NCBI GenBank assembly: GCA_030748415.1
Contig: JASMMA010000003.1
Span: forward strand, 81,988 to 145,987
Origin: Planctomycetota bacterium
GTDB taxonomy: Bacteria > Planctomycetota > UBA1135
Reading direction: 5' to 3'
Length of the DNA: 64,000 nt
The translations under genes were made by a program, and so were the position numbers. Of this stretch, positions 26,847 through 34,655 are shown piece by piece. Under the pieces are notes generated by a model. It was not told the origin of the DNA and did no database searches. It was given only the letters and a program-made list of their open reading frames with translations. Positions within the stretch are counted from its first letter, which is position 1. Each line of letters starts with the position of its first letter.

Positions 26847-29800
26847 TCCCCATAAACCCTAACAAGGCCGTCTCTGCAGCCGGCTAGGAGAGAGTCTCCA
26901 TCTGGACTGAAATCCAGGCTGTAAACCCCCTTCCCGCCGGTTTTTAGGGTGTAAATCGGTCGCAGAGATTCCTGGTCTAGAAGCATAATCCGCCCTGAAT
27001 CATCCCCGAAAACCAAGCGGCTCTCTTGGGGATGGACTGCAAGGGAATAAATTGGGGAGTCCTGATTCCAAACCAACGGCTCGCCTGATGAGCCATCCCC
27101 TCCCCCTCTATTGCTGATTTGAAGCCTTGAGCCGTCCCACTCCCACCCGATAACCATACCATCCCAAAGAGAAGAGCAAAAAAGACGCCAGCCATGGGAG
27201 GAGCCAGAAGATGCATCAGGAACGAATCGAATGCAAGATATCCAGGATTGGTGACCGGGCTCCTCGGCAACTTGTTCCCATGTGGTGGTATCAAAAATCC
27301 TAAGTTTCTTATCCATGCCTCCACAGGCAAGCCATTGGCCTGATGGACTGAAGCGGACGGCACCCGTGTAAAACCTGGTCCCAGCTTGGGCCAAAAGTAT
27401 CTTGGGTATTTGGGAGTCACCTTGAACTACATTCCATACTCGCACCCGACCGTCCCCACAGGCAACAGCCAGCATGAGTTCTTTGTTGCCCGTCTTGGGG
27501 TCAAGGACATAAGAAAAATCCAAGTCCCAGGCCATTCTGGCAAGTTTGCTCTCCTTTCCATTATCTTCGCTCGGGAGTTCATTAACAAAATCGAATTGCT
27601 TGTCGTTCATCAAATCCCACACTCGAACTCCACCGTTATTTAGGGCCGCCGCCAAATAGTCCCCATCGGGAGAGTATTGAACCTTATATGCCGCACTATT
27701 GACAATGGACTCCGAATTTTTGTCGAATTTAAAGTATTTAAAGTCCTCCAAATCAAAGGAGTGCGGTTGTGATTTCGGAGCACTTTCGGGTTGCCATACA
27801 TCAACCATTCCACTAGATTTGGCGGAAGCAAAGCCGCCTTTCGGGTTATAAGCAACCCCAAATATTCTTACATCATTGTTGGCAATTTTCTCTTCGGGGA
27901 ATAGCTGAACACGCTGTTCACTTTCTGAATCCCAGAAAAGAACGGCGCCATCTTGGGAGCCCGAATAAACCCTGCCAGTTTTCTGAAATCCAAGACATAT
28001 CACAGGGCCTTGATGCCCTGTTAGGATTTTCCCTTGACCTAAACCAAATGTTGTCGGCTTAAACTCTCTTACCGAACCATCTTTGCATGCTGCATAAAGG
28101 CTGTTTGAGCTATGGGGTCGAACAAGAACCTCCATATCAAAAATGTTCTTGCCGCCGGAAGGAAATATTTCTTTGCGCCAAAATGGTTTGCTGTTCAATC
28201 CCAGATGTCTTACTGGGAAAAGAGAAAGGGTTCCTTCCTCATCAGCAACATAAAAGAACTCCTTATGTCCGAGGCTGCTGCCCTCAACAAAAGAAGAAAG
28301 CGCCGTTATTGGATAACTACTCGCCAGCCAAGCAACCGGCTGAGATGACGGTGTTTTCCAGAATAAGACCCTCCCGTCGCGCCCGGCAGTTAACAATGAG
28401 CCGGTGGGGGAAGCGCTTATCGAAGTCACCGGGCCAAAGTGATGAGCTTTGTCGTTACCAAAATATGGTGCTTTCATTGCTTTCGCAGGAGCACCCTTTG
28501 TAGGGAGTGTCACAAAATAAATGTCTCCAGCAATGGTTCCTGCAACAACTACACCGCTCTCTCCTTCTGGCTCCCAAAAGGCAAGCTGGCGAATCGCATG
28601 GGGTAATTGAATCTCGCCCAAATGTGTTGGGGGGGTGGTAGTTCGATCAAAAAATTTCACGCTCCCTTGTTTGGTTCCTGCGGCGATAAGGGTGTCCCAT
28701 GAAGAGCATGCCACAGAGGAAAAGCTGGCGCCGCTGGATTTAATCGTAACTTTAGTGCTTCCATCAAAACCACTAATAACAATATGGCTATCACCCAAAA
28801 TGCTGCAAATAAAACGGCCTTGTGAGGAAATCGCCATGGAACGAATGGGATTGGACGGGTTGCTTTCAATAAGAACACCTGCGGACAAATCAATTTGGCC
28901 CGAAAGGTGGTCCCACTCCCAGCCCCTGTGCTGTTGGGGGCATAATTCAAGCGCTTTGGCAGCATCAATGTATTGTTGGTCTTGGAACAACCAAAACGCA
29001 TCACGGAACTTGGCGTGATATTGTTCAAGCTCGGCTTCGTTCTTGGATTGAACTGCCCGATAACGAGCCCTCTCGGCTTCGTTCTTGGATTGAACCGCCC
29101 GATAACGAGCCCTCTCGGCTTCGTTCTTGGATTGAACTGCCCGATAACGAGCCCTCTCGGCATCTGCCCAAAACCAAGTAATCAATGCAATTGCGAATGA
29201 ACCCATTAGTAGCGATGCCGATTTGCCGGGGTTCCTTTGGGACCACTTGAGGGCTTTCTGAATCGCTCTGGGTGGCCGGGCAAAAATAGGTTCGTTTGCC
29301 AACCAGCGGCGCAAATCGGCTGCAAACTCTCCCATGGATTCGAATCGGTGACTTGGGTTCTTTTCGAGCGCTTTCAAACAAATAACTTCAAGTTCGCGAG
29401 GGACTTGTGAACGGAATTCGCGAATCGGAATCGGGTCTGCTTCACAAATCTTGCGACTGACTTGATCTCGTGTGTCCCCCTCAAATGGTGGACGAGATGT
29501 GAGGGCTTCGTAAAGAGTTGAGCCAAGCGAAAACTGGTCGCTTGCGGGACCAATATCACCAAGGTTTCCGCCCGCATGTTCTGGACTCATGTAATAAGGA
29601 GTTCCAGCTAAATCCTGACTCAGAGTCAGCGTCAGAGAGTGGTCCATTCGTGCTAAACCAAAGTCTGCCACTTTTGCAATTTCTCTATCTTGCAACAGGA
29701 TATTGGATGGCTTGATGTCTCGGTGGACAACTTTGAGGTCGTGAGCAACCTGCATAGCTTCACCGACTTGAGCAATGATGTCGGCAACCCATCGAAAATA

Positions 29801-30358
29801 CTCGGAGTCCACTTTTCCAGAATTCCGTCGGTCGGGAATGCACTCTGCAAGTGTTTCCCCATCGCCAACAAGTTCTTGTGCAATAAATCGCAAGCCGTTT
29901 TGTTCACCTGTGGCGTAAACCCGGACAAGGCCCTGATGATCCAGGTGCCCAGCGGAAATGGCCTCTCGGTGAAAGCGCTGAATTGCTTTCGGCGATACCG
30001 CAAGAAGCGGAGGCAGAATTTTTAAAGCAACATGTCGCTCTACAGATTTTTGTTGCGCTTCCCAAACCAACCCCATTCCTCCGCGGCCAATTTCTCGTAC
30101 TAACTCAAAGTCGCCGAGGATTCGGCCGGGCTGTAGGCCGCCATCTTCTTCGTTCAGCATATTGCACAAATCTTGGAAACCGTCAATCTTGGAAGCCAGT
30201 AGGGTCTGTATTAAATCGCCATGCTCCGCACAAAGAGTTGCAGCGGTTGTTGGGTCACCGGCCTGATAACTAGAAAGCCACTCTTGAAATAGTTTTTCCG
30301 CAGTTGTCTCTTCTTGGGTGGCGTTCGCAGGAAGATTCGGATTGGGAGTGTTTGGCAT
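26843..30358 (-). CDS. Ser/Thr protein kinase with a TM, a repeat stalk and a large WD40 beta-propeller region
   Basis: Kinase motifs are GRGGMGLVW, VALKIL, HRDIKPSNIL, DFGLA and SPEH. A TM (LLMGSFAIALITWFW) follows, then three copies of AERARYRAVQSKNE and about 700 aa of WD40-like repeats. Confidence 0.9.
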   Translation of the reverse strand: MPNTPNPNLPANATQEETTAEKLFQEWLSSYQAGDPTTAATLCAEHGDLIQTLLASKIDGFQDLCNMLNEEDGGLQPGRILGDFELVREIGRGGMGLVWEAQQKSVERHVALKILPPLLAVSPKAIQRFHREAISAGHLDHQGLVRVYATGEQNGLRFIAQELVGDGETLAECIPDRRNSGKVDSEYFRWVADIIAQVGEAMQVAHDLKVVHRDIKPSNILLQDREIAKVADFGLARMDHSLTLTLSQDLAGTPYYMSPEHAGGNLGDIGPASDQFSLGSTLYEALTSRPPFEGDTRDQVSRKICEADPIPIREFRSQVPRELEVICLKALEKNPSHRFESMGEFAADLRRWLANEPIFARPPRAIQKALKWSQRNPGKSASLLMGSFAIALITWFWADAERARYRAVQSKNEAERARYRAVQSKNEAERARYRAVQSKNEAELEQYHAKFRDAFWLFQDQQYIDAAKALELCPQQHRGWEWDHLSGQIDLSAGVLIESNPSNPIRSMAISSQGRFICSILGDSHIVISGFDGSTKVTIKSSGASFSSVACSSWDTLIAAGTKQGSVKFFDRTTTPPTHLGEIQLPHAIRQLAFWEPEGESGVVVAGTIAGDIYFVTLPTKGAPAKAMKAPYFGNDKAHHFGPVTSISASPTGSLLTAGRDGRVLFWKTPSSQPVAWLASSYPITALSSFVEGSSLGHKEFFYVADEEGTLSLFPVRHLGLNSKPFWRKEIFPSGGKNIFDMEVLVRPHSSNSLYAACKDGSVREFKPTTFGLGQGKILTGHQGPVICLGFQKTGRVYSGSQDGAVLFWDSESEQRVQLFPEEKIANNDVRIFGVAYNPKGGFASAKSSGMVDVWQPESAPKSQPHSFDLEDFKYFKFDKNSESIVNSAAYKVQYSPDGDYLAAALNNGGVRVWDLMNDKQFDFVNELPSEDNGKESKLARMAWDLDFSYVLDPKTGNKELMLAVACGDGRVRVWNVVQGDSQIPKILLAQAGTRFYTGAVRFSPSGQWLACGGMDKKLRIFDTTTWEQVAEEPGHQSWISCIRFVPDASSGSSHGWRLFCSSLWDGMVIGWEWDGSRLQISNRGGGDGSSGEPLVWNQDSPIYSLAVHPQESRLVFGDDSGRIMLLDQESLRPIYTLKTGGKGVYSLDFSPDGDSLLAGCRDGLVRVYGD
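29030..29161 (-). repeat. 42-bp tandem repeat x3.1 inside the kinase gene
   Basis: Units lie at 29030..29071, 29072..29113 and 29114..29155, followed by a 6-bp partial unit. There is one mismatch (t versus c in unit 2). The repeat is in frame and encodes (YRAVQSKNEAERAR)x3. Confidence 0.95.
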
Positions 30359-30488
30359 GGTTGTTCAGAAAGGCTGGCTCTACCTACTGAGAACCTCTTT
30401 CGCATAAGCGTGGCATCTTTTTTGCCCTTAAATCATAGGTCTCCCTGTGCGATTTGTGGGAATGCCGCTATCCTGTGCGGCCCTGAGT

Positions 30489-30565
<77 letters not shown>

Positions 30566-30578
30566 ACCCAGAATGTGC

Positions 30579-32744
30579 CTAGAACTGGTAGGCCCAAACA
30601 ATCTTGGCAGTTAAGTCTTCGCCCTGCCGGCGATAACCCCATCCGTAGTCGGTCATACCTGACTCAAGAGAAACGAAGACTTCGCGTTGGTCCATGCGAA
30701 TCCAGCGATACCGGCTTTGAAGCCCAATCATGGGAGCCGGGGCGCCGTCCTCGTCCACATTCCAAGCCTGGACAACGGTTTGCCAATATTGGGTGGGCGA
30801 GAAAAACCAATCAAAGGTTCCGCGCTCAAGGTTTGCCGTAAATTCGCCACCAGTGCTGGTTTCAATGAAGTGTCGTTGGATTTCAGCACCTATGCGAAGG
30901 CTCGGGCTTGGTCTCCATTCGCCACCGGCGCGAAGTGAGATAAGATCGCCGTTGTCATACCAACCACCAGCTGAAAGACCGGCAAAACCAGAAAGAGGGC
31001 GAGCGGGAGACGTTTCAGCCGTTGCGCCGAGCGAAATCCAATCATATTCACCAGCGGGAACTGCCATGCCAAGAACATTTTCTTGATCACTCAAGTTATC
31101 TCCTTCTAAATTAATCGTGCAAGACAAGAGGTCTCCGGCGTGGGTTTCTAACCCGAAAACTTCAAGCGGCACTTTGTAGTACTGAAGCGAGTTGTTCAAA
31201 CTTGTGTGAAGTTGAGCAGATGCGCCATAGCGGTAGTGCCGCACGATTTTATGGGCCTGGTGGGATTCAAAGAGGACCGATGCGCGGTGGATGTGGGCCG
31301 AGTTTTCTCGAACATATCCAAGGGCAGGTCGGAAACGAATCCCAATCGCGGTTGTTCCCAACGAACCAGAAAGGTGGTCTGTTTTAAAGTTCCCCTCAAT
31401 GCCCCAAGCATGGTCCCGTGAACCATTGGAGATGCTGTCGTCGTAGGCGCGCACCCCCCATGCGTTGAGTCCAACGGTGCCATCTAAGAGGGTGGAGTTT
31501 AAATAACGAGCATCAAAGCCAAGGGAAGATGCGTCGGTGGAATTCGCGGGGTCTCCGGTGGTAATTAGGGCGCCTACTCGGAGGTCCTGGCTTAGGTCTA
31601 GGGTGGGGCGGAAAACGGAGAAGGTGTCTGCGCCTTGGCTGACAGCCATTGCGCCCAAACTCCACGGACCACGGCGGCCGGTGACACGAGCGCCAGCATC
31701 AATGGAAACTTCGCTCCCATCCAAGAGGCCCATGCTCCGAGTATGAAATGGGCGAACATCTGGGTTGTCGCCCAAAGGGCCAAAATCAAAAAAGGATGAG
31801 CCTTCTAAGAAAAAGTCGCGCTTTTCTGGATATAGGTCGGGAAACCGACTTGTGTCGAGACGAACATAATCGACTTCTGTTTCGGAAAAGTCGGGATTCA
31901 AAGCTAAGCCGACCATCGTTTGGGAATCAAAACGCCAATCTAAATCAAGACCCATTTTCCCAAGGGTGCTTAGGTTCGTTTGCCAACCGCTGTCGAGAGC
32001 AATGTTGTGGTCAAGGGAGACGGATGCGTATGGGCGAACGCTTAAGCCGTGACCAGGAACAAGAAAATCAACTCCAGTGAGGCGACCCGCATAAGAAAGG
32101 TTTGTGATTTTTACACCGCGACTTGCGGCGGCCCAACGATCAATTGTCCGTTGGCCAGCACGATATCTTTGGATATTGAAACCCCAATCTTTAGTTGTGT
32201 CTGCAGAAAGAGTAGTGATGGGAATTGCAATTTCTGCCGACCAGCCATTTGCTCCTATCTTGGTTCGGGCCGCCCAGGTGCCATCCCATTGAGGGTCAAC
32301 TCGAAGGCCGTTAGCGGAAATCAAACTGTCTCTTTTGCCACCAGCAGCGCCCACCTCAAAGAGATAACCGCTTTGACCATCGCCCAAGGTATCCAAGACA
32401 ATGGAAATGTGGTCTTCGTGAGACAAGTCGCCATCACGCGCCATTTGACGAAGTGCAACATGGCGGCCATCGTCTTCGGAGCACAATACTCCGATATAAA
32501 GAGTTGTGGCTGTGCGGAGGAGTCGAACATGGGTTCCCCGCAGGGGGTCGTTTCCTTCAGCGGGCTCTACCATGGTGAAGGAATCGAGTTTGGTTGCATC
32601 ACGCCAAACAGAATCCAGGAGTACGCCATCAAGAGCGGGTGGGGTATCCGTAGGCGCAGGTGCAGTTGATGGAGTGTCTTGGCTCCAAAGGGCAGAAGTT
32701 GGAGCGACTATCAGAAGCAGAGCAGTTGTGAGGAGTGGGCGCAT
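30579..32744 (-). CDS. Secreted CBM9-like / DUF5916-type protein
   Basis: From ATG 32744 there is a signal peptide (MRPLLTTALLLIVAPTSALWS). The N-terminal pattern LDGVLLDSVWRDA..F..VEP..G....THVRLL....LYIGV and DPQWDGTWAA....NGWSAEIAIP is typical of the CBM9/DUF5916 family. The long beta-rich C-terminus ends in WAYQF. Confidence 0.55.
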   Translation of the reverse strand: MRPLLTTALLLIVAPTSALWSQDTPSTAPAPTDTPPALDGVLLDSVWRDATKLDSFTMVEPAEGNDPLRGTHVRLLRTATTLYIGVLCSEDDGRHVALRQMARDGDLSHEDHISIVLDTLGDGQSGYLFEVGAAGGKRDSLISANGLRVDPQWDGTWAARTKIGANGWSAEIAIPITTLSADTTKDWGFNIQRYRAGQRTIDRWAAASRGVKITNLSYAGRLTGVDFLVPGHGLSVRPYASVSLDHNIALDSGWQTNLSTLGKMGLDLDWRFDSQTMVGLALNPDFSETEVDYVRLDTSRFPDLYPEKRDFFLEGSSFFDFGPLGDNPDVRPFHTRSMGLLDGSEVSIDAGARVTGRRGPWSLGAMAVSQGADTFSVFRPTLDLSQDLRVGALITTGDPANSTDASSLGFDARYLNSTLLDGTVGLNAWGVRAYDDSISNGSRDHAWGIEGNFKTDHLSGSLGTTAIGIRFRPALGYVRENSAHIHRASVLFESHQAHKIVRHYRYGASAQLHTSLNNSLQYYKVPLEVFGLETHAGDLLSCTINLEGDNLSDQENVLGMAVPAGEYDWISLGATAETSPARPLSGFAGLSAGGWYDNGDLISLRAGGEWRPSPSLRIGAEIQRHFIETSTGGEFTANLERGTFDWFFSPTQYWQTVVQAWNVDEDGAPAPMIGLQSRYRWIRMDQREVFVSLESGMTDYGWGYRRQGEDLTAKIVWAYQF

Positions 32745-32815
32745 GTCGGGATGGTGACCTATTGGACAGGGCCAGAATAAGGTGGCGGGCAGAAACGCCA
32801 AATGCCCAGCAAAGC

Positions 32816-32851
32816 AAAAAAGCGGCCGCCCCTTAGGAGGGACGGCCGCTT
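32816..32851 (-). terminator. Rho-independent terminator of the metalloprotease gene
   Basis: On the minus strand the hairpin AAGCGGCCG-(14 nt)-CGGCCGCTT is followed by TTTTGC. Confidence 0.6.
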
Positions 32852-32869
32852 CAATTGGTTGGTTGGGGC

Positions 32870-34438
32870 CTAAAACTGCTCCGAAACCAAATTACTGAGC
32901 TTGCAGCTCGTTGTATCAACAAGCTGGATGTGGAAGGTTTTCCCTGCCGCTCCACTTGGGACCGATTTGGAAAAACTTCCTGTGCCAGCGGAATCAAAGG
33001 AAATCGTTCCCGCCACCTTTGGATTCCTTAGGCCTAGGAAAACCGAAGAGCAGGATGTGCTGGAGAAGCCTGTGCTGCCACTGTAGTAAAGGGTTCCTGA
33101 ACCATTAGCAGTGCCACCAGTCACCGTTAGGGTGTTCAGGGTACCCGCCGTTCCGGGGCTTGGATTGGTGATGGTCAAAGGACCTCCGCCGCCGCCTCCG
33201 CTGCAACCGGCATCCAGACAACTGCGAGAGTTTTTGTGGTTGTTGATGCTGTTGATGCTAGAACTTCCAAACTTGGAAACATTTCCAGAACAACCTCCAT
33301 TACAAGGGCACATGATGTGGCAAGAACCACAACCTGAACAACTGCTACAACAGTGGCCAGCGTTCCAGTTATGTCCAAGCTCATGCGCGGAAAGGCTCAC
33401 GCGGCGAGACATGTTGCTTGTGTAGCGAGACTGAACCATGGAGTAGCCGTAGTTGCTATTGCAAACAACACCAAGCCAAGCAATTCCGATTACAGAACCT
33501 GAAACGGACCTTCCCGTGAATAGCTGGGCAAAGTCGCGCTGGACGCTTCCCTGGTTGGAACGCCACTCTGCGCGGAACTGGTCCAGAAGAGTTCCCGGGT
33601 CATTGCTGGTATAGGGGTTGGAGCCGCTTGAGGTGCGAACAATGATCGTGGTGATGTCGTAACAAATGCCAACATCATTTTGGTAAATCACCTCAACATC
33701 ATTCATGACATCTTCAATATCCGCGATAGTGTTGTTGGAGTTGTTCCCATTCTTTTGGAAGAATTGGTAATCCGCATCAGCAGCAAACTCTACGGTCTTA
33801 TCGGCGCGTTGGTTTCCACTAAGGGAACCAGCACCCGTGTGTTGGTTATTGCCAGGGCCGGGAGCGTGTGCGCCACTATTGTTTCCACCACTAAATGGGG
33901 ACACAGGATCCGATTGATAGTTAGGTGGGAGCAAAGATTCTGCCATGACCCAATTGTCATCGGGAACCATGTCGGCAGTGTTGTAAATAACATGTACATC
34001 GGAAATGGCTGAGTTGTCAAAGTCGCTCAAGGGCTGAACCATCCGAACAGGAGAGCCGTCGCCCAAATCAATTCGGGCATGGAGACCATTCTTCCTTAAA
34101 GAGGCCGAAACGATGGAACCCGGGATGCCGGCGATCGCGCCGCGGTAAGTCCGGATTTCTGGAGTTTCGATTGCATAAAGCTTGCCATCTTCGCGTTGTT
34201 CATAAGCAACAAAGTTCTGGCTGCGAACGGAATACTTGTCTAGCAAGAGTTCGGTATCAAAGACCTCGTCGAGAACCAGGCGAACCTGAAAGTTCTCAAC
34301 GGGAGTTGCTGGGAGTTCCAGCGACTGAAGTGACCAAGCAAAGAAGCTCTCTTCAAGAGTTGTTGCAGAGTCGTTATTTGTGAGAGAAGCGGAAGAAAAG
34401 GCCAAAGGAATGGCCGCAATGAGGGAGAGAATGTTCAT
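32870..34438 (-). CDS. Secreted metzincin (reprolysin/M12B-like) zinc metalloprotease with a Cys-rich segment and the shared C-terminal domain
   Basis: It has a signal peptide, the zinc motif HELGHNWNAGH (HExxHxxGxxH) and a CHIM Met-turn-like motif within CCSSCSGCGSCHIMCPCNGGCSG. The C-terminal 105 aa or so carry VPSGAAGKTFHIQLV. Confidence 0.75.
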   Translation of the reverse strand: MNILSLIAAIPLAFSSASLTNNDSATTLEESFFAWSLQSLELPATPVENFQVRLVLDEVFDTELLLDKYSVRSQNFVAYEQREDGKLYAIETPEIRTYRGAIAGIPGSIVSASLRKNGLHARIDLGDGSPVRMVQPLSDFDNSAISDVHVIYNTADMVPDDNWVMAESLLPPNYQSDPVSPFSGGNNSGAHAPGPGNNQHTGAGSLSGNQRADKTVEFAADADYQFFQKNGNNSNNTIADIEDVMNDVEVIYQNDVGICYDITTIIVRTSSGSNPYTSNDPGTLLDQFRAEWRSNQGSVQRDFAQLFTGRSVSGSVIGIAWLGVVCNSNYGYSMVQSRYTSNMSRRVSLSAHELGHNWNAGHCCSSCSGCGSCHIMCPCNGGCSGNVSKFGSSSINSINNHKNSRSCLDAGCSGGGGGGPLTITNPSPGTAGTLNTLTVTGGTANGSGTLYYSGSTGFSSTSCSSVFLGLRNPKVAGTISFDSAGTGSFSKSVPSGAAGKTFHIQLVDTTSCKLSNLVSEQF

Positions 34439-34655
34439 GAGGGAGTTGTGTGGGAATGCAAAGGGGCACCCCCTATGTTACAGGTTTGACCAAATGGGAC
34501 CTTTTTTGGTTCCGCATTCCTTGACGATGCATGAACGCAAACACCTAAACTGTTACTATATATATGTTTACGATATCAAAAACGGGCGTTAGGGTCTTGG
34601 CAGTTTGCCGTCCGTGAGTTATTTAGCGGTGGGCCTGATTCTTGGAGGGATCAAA

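Noticed and set aside
29030-29161. Possible CRISPR array or non-coding minisatellite
   Set aside because: The units are directly adjacent with no spacers, in frame inside a long kinase ORF, and they encode a sensible helical repeat.
28657-29381. Alternate-frame ORFs with repeated peptides (PRGLVIGQFNPRTK and REGSLSGSSIQERS)
   Set aside because: These are translations of the same 42-bp repeat in non-coding frames of the kinase gene.
34598-34608. Sigma-54-like TGGCA..TTGC upstream of the cytochrome gene
   Set aside because: The GG-to-GC spacing is 8 nt rather than the required 12 nt or so.
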